DNA of 64,000 nt from an uncultured Planctomycetia bacterium (GCA_964559135.1 CAZLGG010000003.1:2231-66230); one strand, 5' to 3'; positions 1 to 10,098 are shown, counted from the stretch's first letter. Notes: a model not told the origin generated them from the letters alone. Made by a program: numbers and translations.

Positions 1-646
1 AGAAGGTGGAGTGCCATTGGATGACCAGACGCAAGAAGCCCGCGACGAGTAAGGCCCCCAAGGCGTCACCCCAAAGGGAGCCGAGGGCGAAGGGAAGCAC
101 GGCGCCCATGGTCGCTGCCAACGGAACGTAATACCGGTGCTGGAATTGCACCAGCGGGTCCGCGGAGAGGTCCTTCACTCCGGAGTAGTCCGTCCCGCGT
201 CCGTCGCGAAACAGGACCCAGCCGATGTGCGCCCACCAAAAGCCCTTGCTGATGTTGTAGGGGTCTTCGTCCTGATCGGTCTTGGAATGATGCACGCGGT
301 GGTCGGCCGACCACTTGAGCGCCGAATTCTGGAGCGACGCGGCACCGAAGAGGAGATAGAAGAGGCGCAGGAGTTTTCCGGTCTTGTACGCCTTGTGAGA
401 AAAGTGGCGGTGGTATCCCGCGGTGATGGAGAGACTGCAACACGCCGCCCAAAGAGTTCCGAGCCCCATGGTCCACCAGGAGAATCGAACGAAGATGAGG
501 TAGATGACGGCGGCGAGGGCGAGAACATGTGCGACCGTGATGAAGGAACTATTGATCCAATCGATGCGGCGGCGGTTTGAAGTGCGATTCACGGGAACCT
601 TCCAGACGAACGAGACATTTCCAGACTTGGGGGGCGTGGGGATCAT
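1..646 (-). CDS. Fatty-acid delta-9 desaturase family, partial; C-terminus runs off the window start. The frame is not in the ORF track because it is open at the edge.
   Basis: Manual translation of the minus frame (codon high-end coordinate = 1 mod 3) gives MIPTPPKSGNVSFSWKVPVNRTSNRRRIDWINSSFITVAHVLALAAVIYLIFVRFSWWTMGLGTLWAAC...HRVHHSKTDQDEDPYNISKGFWWAHIGW...QWHSTF. The HRxHH histidine box followed by DxDPYN and GFWW.HIGW matches desaturases. ATG at 646 on the minus strand. Confidence 0.65.
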   Translation of the reverse strand, partial: MIPTPPKSGNVSFVWKVPVNRTSNRRRIDWINSSFITVAHVLALAAVIYLIFVRFSWWTMGLGTLWAACCSLSITAGYHRHFSHKAYKTGKLLRLFYLLFGAASLQNSALKWSADHRVHHSKTDQDEDPYNISKGFWWAHIGWVLFRDGRGTDYSGVKDLSADPLVQFQHRYYVPLAATMGAVLPFALGSLWGDALGALLVAGFLRLVIQWHSTF

Positions 647-802
647 AGCTTCGAGGGGGGGGAAGTCAATCGTGCCGTTGTCGCACACGGGGAAACCGTG
701 ACCCGGTGCGGAGTTGTGAATCCTTGTGGACGCGTCGTGCGTCGGGGAATAGGCTCAGAGCCTACCGTTCGAGCATCAGGAACGAAAAGAGGCGACGTCA
801 CA

Positions 803-2119
803 ATGTTGAAATTCATCATGCGGATGACTCTGGGTCTTTTCCTTATCGCCCATCTGGGTGCCCAAACTCAGGGAGAAATCATTCAGGAGGCGTCGGTGCG
901 CGCCACGCTCACCCACTTGGCCTCGGACGCCCTGATGGGGCGCGACACCCCCAGCCCGGGCCTGAACGCGGCTGCGGCCTGGATCGAGAACCAGTTCAGG
1001 GAGGCGGGTCTGAAATCCCTCCCCGGGCTTCATGGATACAGGCATCACTACAAGAAACCGGGATGGGTCGTGAAGGGGGACGACCTCCAACTCACCGTTC
1101 GGGCCGGGAAGAAGTCCGTCACGCTGAAACCAGGCCAGGACGTGCGGGTCTATTCGAACACCAGGGCGGTGGATGTGAAGGACGCCCCTCTCGCTCGCAA
1201 GCGGCGCCGCCGGGGAAAACCTCGACCCGCGGCGCGGATCATCGAGGTCACGACGGATTCCCCCCTGTGGAAGACGGCCGAGGGCGAGCGCAGGGTCTTG
1301 AAGTCGCGATGGGGGGGCGGCGGAACCGTGCTCCTGGTCCGCCGGGGTCTTCTCCCCGCGGGAGATCTCGTGGGGGACTTGCATCTCCCGGCTCCGTCTT
1401 CCGTCGAGTTGGACCTCACGAACGTCGTCGGCTGGCTTCCGGGGCGAACGCAAAAAGACAAGTACGTGATGCTTTCGGCTCACTACGATCACATCGGACT
1501 GAAGGCTGGTTCCGGAGACGATGTCATTGCGAACGGTGCGGACGACGACGCCTCCGGGACGACGGCCGTGGTCGAGCTGGCGAAGAGTCTAGGGGGTCGG
1601 AAGAGAGCGCCCGCGCGCAGCCTGCTCTTCGTTTGCTTTTCGGGGGAGGAGAAAGGGCTTCTCGGGTCGGTCGCGTTCGCGAAAACGCCGCCCGTGCCCC
1701 TCGACGACATCATCGCCGACATCAACATCGAAATGATCGGTCGTCCCCAAGAGGGGAAACGGATGGCCGCATGGCTGACCGGCGAGGACTTCTCCGACTT
1801 CAAGGACTTCGCGGCGCGGGCCTTCAAGCGCACGGGTGTGGACCTCATCTCGTTCGGCATGGCCCGTCAGTTGTTCGGTCAGAGCGACAATTGGCCGTTG
1901 GCCGTGAAGGGCATCGTCGCCCATTCCGTCAGCGCCGGTTCGCTCCACAAGGACTACCACCAGGTCACCGACGAAGTGGAAAAGATCGACATCGAACACA
2001 TGACCCGCATCATTGGGGGCCTCCGTGAGCTGGCCCTGGAGCTGGCGAACGCGGAGAACGCGCCCCGGTACAACGAGAAGGGAAAAGCGGTGTTGGACCG
2101 GCGAACCCGACGGCGGTGA
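803..2119 (+). CDS. M28 family zinc aminopeptidase, secreted, with a PA-like insert
   Basis: ORF 698..2119 trimmed to the ATG at 803 (MLKFIMRMTLGLFLIAHLGAQ signal peptide; AAGAGG about 12 nt upstream). Motifs NVVGWLPG, HYDHIG, DDDASGTAVVLELA and FSGEEKGLLGS are typical of M28 peptidases. Confidence 0.75.
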   Translation: MLKFIMRMTLGLFLIAHLGAQTQGEIIQEASVRATLTHLASDALMGRDTPSPGLNAAAAWIENQFREAGLKSLPGLHGYRHHYKKPGWVVKGDDLQLTVRAGKKSVTLKPGQDVRVYSNTRAVDVKDAPLARKRRRRGKPRPAARIIEVTTDSPLWKTAEGERRVLKSRWGGGGTVLLVRRGLLPAGDLVGDLHLPAPSSVELDLTNVVGWLPGRTQKDKYVMLSAHYDHIGLKAGSGDDVIANGADDDASGTTAVVELAKSLGGRKRAPARSLLFVCFSGEEKGLLGSVAFAKTPPVPLDDIIADINIEMIGRPQEGKRMAAWLTGEDFSDFKDFAARAFKRTGVDLISFGMARQLFGQSDNWPLAVKGIVAHSVSAGSLHKDYHQVTDEVEKIDIEHMTRIIGGLRELALELANAENAPRYNEKGKAVLDRRTRRR

Positions 2120-2124
2120 CCGTC

Positions 2125-3765
2125 TTATCGGGTGAAGCGAAGCTCCAAGCCCTGGGATGTGGCGTAGCCGACGGGCAGGGATGGGTCGTAGAGAAATCCC
2201 TGGAGGAACGAACTGGCCCCGGCGATCGCCGGCTGCTGAAGGAGAGATGGCCACGTGAGCTGCCCCGTGGCGTCGGTGACGCCCATGACGGGAAACCAAA
2301 GCCCTGGAAAGGTGTCCACGAGGATGGTCTGTCCCGAGACGAGGAGTTGAGCCGGAGCCGTGCTCACGATCAATCCTCCGGCGGTGAAGGGAACAGGGCC
2401 CTCGAGAACGAGCGTTCCGGAGGCGGGGAATGGAGAGGCGCCGGGAACCCAGGTCAGGTCGAGAGTTTGTCCGAGGGCGGAGGCGGGCCCGTACTTGCGG
2501 CGTCCCGCGACACTGAGTTCGAAAAACGCCTGCGTGCCGCGGGCGAGGCATTCCGAAAACCCGTCTCCTTGCGCGTCTCCGGGGAGAGACACCGGGCTTC
2601 GCAGGGGCGCGCCGACGTCGTCAGCGGTGACGATGAGAAGTGGAGCGAAGTCCGCACCGGAGATGACGTCGACCGCACCCGGAAAACTCACGCCGGGGCG
2701 GGCCGATGCGATCACGAGGTCGGAGATACCATCCCCGTTGAAGTCGGCATCGCCGGCGAGGCCCCGTCCGTAGGCTTCCCCGGTTTGAGTGCCTGTGAAG
2801 GTGAGCAAGGTGTTGCCGGAGGCGCCTGAGAGAACCATCGTCCGCCCTTGCCCCAGCATCGTCCCGCTGAAACCGGGGACACCGACAGCGATATCGAGGC
2901 ATCCGTCCTGGTCCCAATCTCCCGCGATGGCCACGGATTGTCCCAAGAAGTCGAGGGGCATCGCCCCCGGGAGGTTCCACAGCTCCGTCATCGTCTTGCC
3001 CGAAATGACCCGAAGGACGCCCTGTCCGAGATTGCCCCCGGGGGCGCCGATGGCGATTTCGGGGAGCCCGTCCCCATCCAGATCCCCCGGCGCGGCGATC
3101 GCGAATCCGAAATCGCGATCCTGTGGTTGTCCGGAGAGGGTGGCGATGAGGCTGAGATCGGATCCGGAAAACACCTGGACGTAGCCCAAGGCCGGGCTCT
3201 GAAGGACCGTGGTCTGAGGCGCGCTGACCGCGAAATCAGGGACGCCGTCCCCGTTGCAGTCACCCAGACTGAGGAGGTCCCAGCCGAAGCGGTCTCCTGG
3301 ATTTTGTCCCTGAAGTTGACCCAGAGGCAGACCCGTGGCGCCGGAATAAACACGAACGTAGCCCGTCCCTCCGATGCCTATGAGTGGGTCCTGGGGCGCG
3401 CCGACGCCGAGATCATCGACTCCGTCGCCGTCCAGGTCACCGAGAGTGGCCACCGAGGCACCGAGCCGATCCAGGGGCTGGGCGGCGAGGGCATACCACA
3501 GAACCGTCCCCGTGCGTCCCGAGATCACTCGCAGCAGACCGCCTCCGGTCGATTCCGAGTCACCCAAACCGAGATCGTTCACCCCGTCGCCGTCCAGGTC
3601 ACCCAGATAGGCCGCCTGATGGGGGTAGGGACCGGAAGGCGCTGGAGCGGCCGCGAAAACCTGGAGAACCGGAAATTGGGCAGAAACCCCGGGAGCCAGC
3701 GCGCCCACCGTCACAACGGCCGAGATGACGAGCCTGAGAATTCTTCGCTGGTATCGACCCGGCAT
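2125..3765 (-). CDS. Secreted FG-GAP/VCBS repeat protein (integrin-alpha-like beta-propeller)
   Basis: Signal peptide MPGRYQRRILRLVISAVVTVGALAPGVSAQ; more than 7 tandem copies of GDxDGDGxxDLxxGAP (FG-GAP) repeats. Confidence 0.75.
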   Translation of the reverse strand: MPGRYQRRILRLVISAVVTVGALAPGVSAQFPVLQVFAAAPAPSGPYPHQAAYLGDLDGDGVNDLGLGDSESTGGGLLRVISGRTGTVLWYALAAQPLDRLGASVATLGDLDGDGVDDLGVGAPQDPLIGIGGTGYVRVYSGATGLPLGQLQGQNPGDRFGWDLLSLGDCNGDGVPDFAVSAPQTTVLQSPALGYVQVFSGSDLSLIATLSGQPQDRDFGFAIAAPGDLDGDGLPEIAIGAPGGNLGQGVLRVISGKTMTELWNLPGAMPLDFLGQSVAIAGDWDQDGCLDIAVGVPGFSGTMLGQGRTMVLSGASGNTLLTFTGTQTGEAYGRGLAGDADFNGDGISDLVIASARPGVSFPGAVDVISGADFAPLLIVTADDVGAPLRSPVSLPGDAQGDGFSECLARGTQAFFELSVAGRRKYGPASALGQTLDLTWVPGASPFPASGTLVLEGPVPFTAGGLIVSTAPAQLLVSGQTILVDTFPGLWFPVMGVTDATGQLTWPSLLQQPAIAGASSFLQGFLYDPSLPVGYATSQGLELRFTR

Positions 3766-3842
3766 GCTGACTCCTCGAGGGGGTGGGGTATCTGCCCTAT
3801 ACTATGTCGTCGGGGTGACCCGGGAGCGATGAGGAAGTTCGG

Positions 3843-5279
3843 ATGAAGAATCACCCTCGGGGCATCCTCCCAAAGAGTTTGGTAAGACGTAGCATGGCAT
3901 CCATCAGCGAAGACAACATCGCGCTTCTGGACCGATGGGACATCCCGGGCCCTCGGTACACATCCTACCCGACGGCCCTTTGTTTTCACGACGGGTTCCG
4001 GGAGACGGAGTATCGCGCCGAAGCCGCGAAGCGGCGCGCCGAGGCCGCTGAAGAACCCCTATCCCTCTATGTTCACTTGCCGTTCTGCGAAAAGCTCTGC
4101 TTTTTTTGTGGTTGCAACAAGTGGATCACGCTGAACCGTGAGAAGATCGATCGCTACGTGGATGATCTTTTGCTCGAGATCGCCATGGAGCGGGAAATCC
4201 ACGGCCCCCGGCCGGTGGAGCAGCTCCATTGGGGCGGGGGGACGCCGACGTGGTTGGATGCCGATCAACGCAAACGGTTGATGGAGGCCCTGAAGGCCGC
4301 GTTCCCTTTCCTTCCCGATGGGGACTCGGAGATCTCCATCGAGGCCGACCCACGGAATCTCCAAGAAGGAACGGTGGCGGGTCTGCGGGACATCGGCTTC
4401 AACCGGTTGAGCCTGGGGGTTCAGGATTTCGATCTCGCCGTTCAAGAAGCGGTCAACCGGGTGCAGCCGGCGGAACTCTCCTTGCGCGCGATCGCGGAAG
4501 CGCGGGCCTGCGGATTCCACGGTGTCAGCGTCGATCTCATCTACGGGCTGCCGAAGCAGACGGAGGATTCGTTCCGCCGAACCGTGGAGGGGGTCGCGGC
4601 CGCCGCGCCCGACCGCATCTCGATCTTCAGCTACTTCCATCGGCCCGAGATGTTCTCTCCGCAGAAATGCATCGAGGACGGCGATTTGCCCACGCCCGAG
4701 GTCAAACGCACTCTGTTTGCCGCCGCCGTGGATGTCCTCACCTCGAACGGATACACCCCCCTGGGAATGGATCACTTCGTCCGAGAGGGAGACGACCTTT
4801 TGAAGGCGTCCCTCGCCGGGACCATGCATCGAAATTTTCAGGGGTACTCGACGCGGGCGAACAGAGACCTCGTGGCCCTCGGCGTCACGGCCATTGGGCG
4901 GACCGATGGTGCGTTTTGGCAAAAGTCGAAGGATCTCAACGAGTGGGCCGAAAGCGTTCGGGCCGGCCGACTTCCCATCGCGAGAGGTCTACGGCTCACC
5001 GATGAAGACAAGCTCCGCAGGGAGATCATCGCGTCGGTCATGTGTCGTTTGGAACTCGTCTTCGACGAATTCGCGGATCGCGCGCCGGATTTCACGAAGA
5101 GGTTCGAGAAGGAATTGGCTCTTCTGAAGCCGATGGTGGACGACAACCTTCTCGAGATCGACGACAAGGGATTGCGCGTGAATCCTCTCGGACGGTTCGT
5201 CGTGAAGATCATCGCCGGTGCCTTCGACGAGCACACGCCGCCCGGTCTCGCCAAGATCAGCGGGTGTCCGGCAACCTGA
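3843..5279 (+). CDS. hemN: Oxygen-independent coproporphyrinogen III oxidase (radical SAM)
   Basis: PRYTSYPTA motif, radical-SAM CEKLCFFCGC (CxxxCxxC), length about 478 aa. GAGGAAG RBS 7 nt before the ATG at 3843; the ATG at 3894 is an alternative start. Confidence 0.85.
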   Translation: MKNHPRGILPKSLVRRSMASISEDNIALLDRWDIPGPRYTSYPTALCFHDGFRETEYRAEAAKRRAEAAEEPLSLYVHLPFCEKLCFFCGCNKWITLNREKIDRYVDDLLLEIAMEREIHGPRPVEQLHWGGGTPTWLDADQRKRLMEALKAAFPFLPDGDSEISIEADPRNLQEGTVAGLRDIGFNRLSLGVQDFDLAVQEAVNRVQPAELSLRAIAEARACGFHGVSVDLIYGLPKQTEDSFRRTVEGVAAAAPDRISIFSYFHRPEMFSPQKCIEDGDLPTPEVKRTLFAAAVDVLTSNGYTPLGMDHFVREGDDLLKASLAGTMHRNFQGYSTRANRDLVALGVTAIGRTDGAFWQKSKDLNEWAESVRAGRLPIARGLRLTDEDKLRREIIASVMCRLELVFDEFADRAPDFTKRFEKELALLKPMVDDNLLEIDDKGLRVNPLGRFVVKIIAGAFDEHTPPGLAKISGCPAT

Positions 5280-5997
5280 AGACTTCGACCCACATCAACG
5301 TCGCCCCCGCGACACCCGCCGGAACCACGAAGAGGTTGAGGACGGGGACCGTCGACACCAAGGCGGCCATCGCGCCGAAACCAAGAGCGAGAAGCCTCCG
5401 GCTCTTCAGGCGAGCACGCATCTCCCGAAACAACAGCTCGTTGTTGTCCATGGGGTAGTCGCTGAATTCCACGGCAAACATCCAGGCTGTGAAGAGAAAC
5501 CAGAGAAACGGTGCGGCCGGAATCGTGACGGGGATCACGAAGAGAATCAGGAAAGGGACGGCCCACGCGACGTAATAGAGGACCTTTTTGGTCTCTTCCC
5601 AGAGGATTCGGGGCGTGCGCAGCAAAAAGCGCCCCCACGAGAGTTCAGGCGGACGGTGTCCAGAGACGATGTGCTCCACCGCTTCGGCGAGGGGGCCGTT
5701 GAAGGGACTGGCCAGGAGACTCGACAGGACCACGAAGCCGAATCCGAAGAGCAGAAGAAAGGACGCGGCGAAGAGAATCCAAAGCAGATAGGTGGCCGCG
5801 GAGAGCCAGGTCGGAAGCCAGTCTTCGGCCCGATCCACGAGGGGCTCGAGGGAGACGATCCCCGCCCAGACGCCCAGCCCATAGACGAGCAGAGTGAGCA
5901 GGATCGGCAGAGCGGCCCAGGCTCGAATCCCTTTCTTGCGGATGAGGAGGAGGCCCCTCCAAAAATAAAAAGCCCCCTTGACAAGGTCGGTCGGCAT
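5257..5997 (-). CDS. CysZ/EI24 family integral membrane protein (putative sulfate transporter-like)
   Basis: 246 aa with 4-6 predicted TM helices and a CysZ/EI24-like pattern (…FVVLSSLLASPFNGPLAEAVEHI…). Its ATG shares one nt with the TGA of the upstream DUF1501 gene (TGATG on the minus strand). Its 3' end overlaps the hemN 3' end by 23 nt (convergent). Confidence 0.55.
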   Translation of the reverse strand: MPTDLVKGAFYFWRGLLLIRKKGIRAWAALPILLTLLVYGLGVWAGIVSLEPLVDRAEDWLPTWLSAATYLLWILFAASFLLLFGFGFVVLSSLLASPFNGPLAEAVEHIVSGHRPPELSWGRFLLRTPRILWEETKKVLYYVAWAVPFLILFVIPVTIPAAPFLWFLFTAWMFAVEFSDYPMDNNELLFREMRARLKSRRLLALGFGAMAALVSTVPVLNLFVVPAGVAGATLMWVEVFRLPDTR

Positions 5998-7181
5998 CAG
6001 CCAAGGATAGACTGAGCGAGCCTCCGTTCCGAGGGGTCCTCGAGGTTTTTCAAGGAAAGGACCTCGGTCATGAGGTGGTGTTGAACGGAGCGGTAGTCGA
6101 TGTCCATCACCAGATCCCCCTCGTCGAGGTGCTCGAGGTCGTAGGGGTGGCCGATGACACCACCCCGGATGCGCCCGCCGGCCAGGAACATGGGGCCTGC
6201 CTTTCCGTGGTCGGTTCCTCGGGAGGCGTTCTCCTGAGCCCGCCGCCCGAAGTCCGAGAAGACGGCGATGCAGGTCGAGTCGAAACGGTTCTTCGCGCGC
6301 AGGTCCGCCAGGAATCCGGCGATGGAATGGGCGAAGGATCGCAAGAGAACGGGGTGGGCGACATCCTGGGATGCGTGGGTGTCGAAACCACCCTGCTCGA
6401 CGAAGTAGACGGCTGGCTGTTCAGCGGTCGCGATGAGGGAGGCTATGACGGCGAGGCGCCGCGCCAGCGGAAACGCGGGATACCGGGACGCACGCGTCGC
6501 CTTCTTGGCGCGCTCCAGGCGTGCATTCATCGCTCGGGCCTGGGTTTGGGCGGCCTCCAGTCGTCGGAGAAGATCGCTCTTTGCACCCTCGTTGCGGCGA
6601 CTCCTCGGACCGCGGGGCGGAGGGGTTCGGAGGATGAGGTCGTCCAAACTGTTCAAGCTCACGACGGGGCGGGGCGCGCCACGAAACATGAGCGGGCTCG
6701 GGCCTTCGCCCACGTGAAAAAGATCGATATGGGTCTCCTTGGACTCCCGGAGAGCCCTTCCGACGAATCCCTCATTCGGGTGCTCGAGATCGACTCGCCC
6801 AGCGTGCCAATTGTCCAGGGAACGAAAATGGGAAAGATTGGGCCGCGGCGAGCCCACCGCGGGAAGGACCGCCAGATGTCCCTGCTCGAAGTGGCTCATG
6901 AGCGGTGAAAGCTCGGGATGGAAACCCAACTCCTCTGTGAGGGAAAGGACCGTCGGTCCGGCGACTCCCAAGTCCTTGCGAAGGTGCCGGTAGAGAGGGT
7001 CCTTGCGGGGGATGACCGTGTTCAAGGCGTCATTGCCTCCCGTGAGCTGGAGGAAGATCAGCTGAGGCGGGTGGTCCAAGTCCCCCGTCCCCGCGAAGAG
7101 GCGCGCGGGGTCGAAGGCGAGGCCGAGGGCGCCGGTTCCGAGGAGTCCGAGGAAGCTCCGGCGATGAATCTTGGTGGGCAT
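5997..7181 (-). CDS. DUF1501 family protein (sulfatase-like fold, Tat signal)
   Basis: ORF 5997..7742 trimmed to MPTKIHRRSFLGLLGTGALGLAFDP (twin-arginine motif). GGAGA lies 7 nt upstream. Start is 15 nt after the stop of the DUF1800 gene. Body matches DUF1501 (FSDFGRR…GTDHG). Confidence 0.8.
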   Translation of the reverse strand: MPTKIHRRSFLGLLGTGALGLAFDPARLFAGTGDLDHPPQLIFLQLTGGNDALNTVIPRKDPLYRHLRKDLGVAGPTVLSLTEELGFHPELSPLMSHFEQGHLAVLPAVGSPRPNLSHFRSLDNWHAGRVDLEHPNEGFVGRALRESKETHIDLFHVGEGPSPLMFRGAPRPVVSLNSLDDLILRTPPPRGPRSRRNEGAKSDLLRRLEAAQTQARAMNARLERAKKATRASRYPAFPLARRLAVIASLIATAEQPAVYFVEQGGFDTHASQDVAHPVLLRSFAHSIAGFLADLRAKNRFDSTCIAVFSDFGRRAQENASRGTDHGKAGPMFLAGGRIRGGVIGHPYDLEHLDEGDLVMDIDYRSVQHHLMTEVLSLKNLEDPSERRLAQSILG

Positions 7182-7195
7182 GGGTGCGTCTCCGT

Positions 7196-8485
7196 TCAAA
7201 GTGTCCATTGCTCGGGGCTGCCGACGAGCCTTCCGGCGGCCTGGAAGATCTGGTCGTTGTCGGCGAGGTGTTTGTCCTCGGTGGCGGGACGCCCCGTGAC
7301 GGCCAAGGTCAGTGCGCCGAGGGCCAGCGGTTTTTCCGCGCGTTTCAGGCTCAAAGGACCCTCGCCGCCTTGCGCGAGCTCCCCGGCGAAGTTCTCCCGG
7401 GCCACCGCGGTGGCGCTGGTGATCCATTCCAAACCGGATGGCCATCCTGCGACGCTGGGCGGGTTGAAGGGCTCCTGGCCCAGGCGTTTCAGATGATGGA
7501 CGACCCGACTGCCGGCGGCGCGCGCGCCCACCCCGCGCAGGGCGCCGAGGGTGAATTCCATCGGCCCGCTCACGCGGGGGTTCGCCAGGAAAAACCCCCT
7601 CGAGGAGACGATACGGCGAAGGAACGATCCGACGTTGCGCTTGTTGGCATCGAAGAGCGAACCCAGTTCCTGTTCCAGGCGCGGATCTTCGATGGGGCCC
7701 ACGAAGGTGGTCCAGAGTTTGCCGGCGATGAAGCGCGCGCATTGGGGGTGTCGAGCCAGGATGCGGAGGACATCCTCGCCCTCCAGACGCCCCGACTCCC
7801 CAAGGACGGTTTTTTCGCCCTCGTCATGCTGGGTGGGGTCGAAGTGAAACCGCCCTCGCTTGAGGCGCCACCCGGTGAAGGCCCGCGCGCACTCCTTAAC
7901 GTCATCCTCGGTGTAGTGACCGATGCCCAAGGAGAAGAGTTCGAAGAGCTCCCGGGCGAAGTTCTCGTTCGGATGAGCCTTCGAACTGGTCACCCCGTCC
8001 AGCCAGATCAGCATGGCGGGATCGCGAGCGACGGCGCCGAGAAGATCCGGGAATGCTCCCAGGCCGGCTGTGAGGAAGAGGCGATTCTGGCGCTGCATCG
8101 CTGGAAGATCCGTCACCTTGGAAGCGGCGGTGGCGAAATGGTCGTGCCAGAAGAGACTGACGCGCTCGGCGATCGGAAACGGTGTCGTCAAACTTCGCGC
8201 GACCCACGCGGACTGCATGCCCTCGAGATCGCCTCGTCGCGCGGCCCGGTCTCCGTGGGTCAACATGCGGTGGTAAGCCTTCCAGCGGGGATGGTTGGAC
8301 GGGGGCGGTTGGAAGATCGCATCCAAGGTCTGGGGGAGGCCCCTGGCGGCGACTTCGAGGATGCGATCGGGGGGTGCGCCGAACGTGAGGCGGCGGAAGA
8401 GCCTGGCGGCCTGCTCGGGACCGAAGGGGCCGTCCGAGCCGGGGCGATACGCGCGCAAGGAAGGGTGAGTCGGGGCGTGGATCAT
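7196..8485 (-). CDS. DUF1800 family protein
   Basis: 429 aa with DUF1800-like motifs (FWHDHFAT, NENFARELFELFSLGIGHYTEDDV). Its ATG overlaps the stop of the upstream gene by 4 nt (ATGA). Confidence 0.8.
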   Translation of the reverse strand: MIHAPTHPSLRAYRPGSDGPFGPEQAARLFRRLTFGAPPDRILEVAARGLPQTLDAIFQPPPSNHPRWKAYHRMLTHGDRAARRGDLEGMQSAWVARSLTTPFPIAERVSLFWHDHFATAASKVTDLPAMQRQNRLFLTAGLGAFPDLLGAVARDPAMLIWLDGVTSSKAHPNENFARELFELFSLGIGHYTEDDVKECARAFTGWRLKRGRFHFDPTQHDEGEKTVLGESGRLEGEDVLRILARHPQCARFIAGKLWTTFVGPIEDPRLEQELGSLFDANKRNVGSFLRRIVSSRGFFLANPRVSGPMEFTLGALRGVGARAAGSRVVHHLKRLGQEPFNPPSVAGWPSGLEWITSATAVARENFAGELAQGGEGPLSLKRAEKPLALGALTLAVTGRPATEDKHLADNDQIFQAAGRLVGSPEQWTL

Positions 8486-10098
8486 GGCTTCGCGGGCTCC
8501 AGTGAGAGGGTCAGGACCCTCCGATGCTCATGGTCGAACGACCGGAGTCGGAGTCCCCGAAAGGCCCTCGCCAAGCCGATGATACGATCGGCGAATCGTC
8601 GCGCTTCGTCTTCCTCGGCGCCGCGCTCGACGAGGGCCTGCTCTTCCAGCCGTTCCCGATTGAGTCGGAGAATCTCTGCGAGGGCGGCCCCGTCGACGTC
8701 GAGGTCGTCTCCATGCACGGTGCTCTCGATCCCGAGACGGGCGAGGTGCACCGCCAGGTCGGGGCGCGTGGCGATGATCAGGCGGTCTCCGCTTTGTAGA
8801 AGGGTCGGTTCGAAGTTGTACTCGGAACCCTTTCTTCCGTTCACGGGGTCCGAGAGTCTGCGAGCGATGCAAAGCGTCCCGACGGCGGTTTTCTCGTGGC
8901 GGAGGAGGATGGGCTGTTGGGCCTCTTCGGTGGAGTTGGCGTTGGTGACGGCAAGGAAGGTCTGGAATGCGGCTTCGAAGCGACGGCGGAGGTCCGTGTC
9001 GAACCGCGTGCGGAACATCAGGGCGAACGAGGGGAGGAGGAGTTCGGGCCTCGTCTTTGCTTTCCCGGCAATTGGCAGCGACGCCACGAATGCGACGCCG
9101 GGTTTCAGCTCGGACATGAGATCGTCGAAGTCATAGCCGCCTAAGAAGATATTCATCGTGCTGGTGAATTCGGCGAGGGCGGGCTCGGCTCCCTTGGGGA
9201 CCCATTGGTCGCGCTGTCTCCAAAGCGTGGCCAGATCGCGGCCGAGATGAATGTTTAGGAGGGGAGGCCTGCGGAAGGCGAGCTTCCAGTCCTTTTGCGG
9301 GGAGTGGGATTCCGGGCGGTCGATCTCCACGCGCAGAGTCGGTTGGGGGCCCACGACCAGTTCGGCGAAGAGCGACTTGGTGGACGCCAACGCGTTGGTG
9401 ATGCCGCCCAGGAGGAGCGGACTCAAGAACTCGTCGGTGTCCCCGAGATTGAAATTGGATTTGAATTCCTTCAGGAAAAGACCGTCGGGGAGGACGAGAC
9501 GGACGCCCTTCGCGGCGGAGGTCAAGGAGCCGTATGCGTCGGGGACGACGGTGGAGGGATCGGAAAGGCGTCGCAGGGCGCGGCGGACGATTGCGGAGGT
9601 CGCGCCGAGAACGAGATGAGACTTCGAGCGACCGACGGTCACTCCGGGGCCGGCGTCCGCCACCCGTCCGCCCGGAACCCGGTTGACCTCACCGAGCTCG
9701 AGGTCCAGGTCGAGCAGATCACCGAGCTTGGCCGCGGCCGCTTCGAGCCCCAGCTTCGACGTGTTGCGGGCGATCGCCAACCATCGGAAGTGGTTGCCTT
9801 GGCCCCGCGCGGCGACAACGATCTTTTGTTCGAGCAGATCGCTGTATCGCGCGAGGGTCGCGAAGAAGTTTCCTATGTCCTTCGGCGCCGACGGGTTCTC
9901 CAGGGCAAAAAGTTGGAGGAGGGCGTCGTACCAGGGGGCTTGCTGGAGGGCCTTGGAGCCTTCCATGGGATGATCCCAGGCGAGGACGGCATCCATGTCG
10001 GGAGGGATTCCCGCAAGAGCGTCCTGCGCTGGAAGGAACGCAGAGGTGCCGAGAACCAGGACCAAGGCCAGCGGGAGCAGTCGTTTGGAATTGGGCAT
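8482..10098 (-). CDS. Secreted hypothetical protein (538 aa); first gene of the DUF1800/DUF1501 operon
   Basis: N-terminal signal peptide MPNSKRLLPLALVLVLGTSAFLPAQDA. No recognisable catalytic motifs. Translationally coupled to DUF1800. Confidence 0.5.
   Translation of the reverse strand: MPNSKRLLPLALVLVLGTSAFLPAQDALAGIPPDMDAVLAWDHPMEGSKALQQAPWYDALLQLFALENPSAPKDIGNFFATLARYSDLLEQKIVVAARGQGNHFRWLAIARNTSKLGLEAAAAKLGDLLDLDLELGEVNRVPGGRVADAGPGVTVGRSKSHLVLGATSAIVRRALRRLSDPSTVVPDAYGSLTSAAKGVRLVLPDGLFLKEFKSNFNLGDTDEFLSPLLLGGITNALASTKSLFAELVVGPQPTLRVEIDRPESHSPQKDWKLAFRRPPLLNIHLGRDLATLWRQRDQWVPKGAEPALAEFTSTMNIFLGGYDFDDLMSELKPGVAFVASLPIAGKAKTRPELLLPSFALMFRTRFDTDLRRRFEAAFQTFLAVTNANSTEEAQQPILLRHEKTAVGTLCIARRLSDPVNGRKGSEYNFEPTLLQSGDRLIIATRPDLAVHLARLGIESTVHGDDLDVDGAALAEILRLNRERLEEQALVERGAEEDEARRFADRIIGLARAFRGLRLRSFDHEHRRVLTLSLEPAKP

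Noticed and set aside
137-580. Plus-strand 147-aa ORF and two minus-strand ORFs (66..476, 175..528) at the window start
   Set aside because: All three overlap the strongly supported desaturase reading frame (HRVHHS…DPYN…GFWW.HIGW) and have low-complexity composition.
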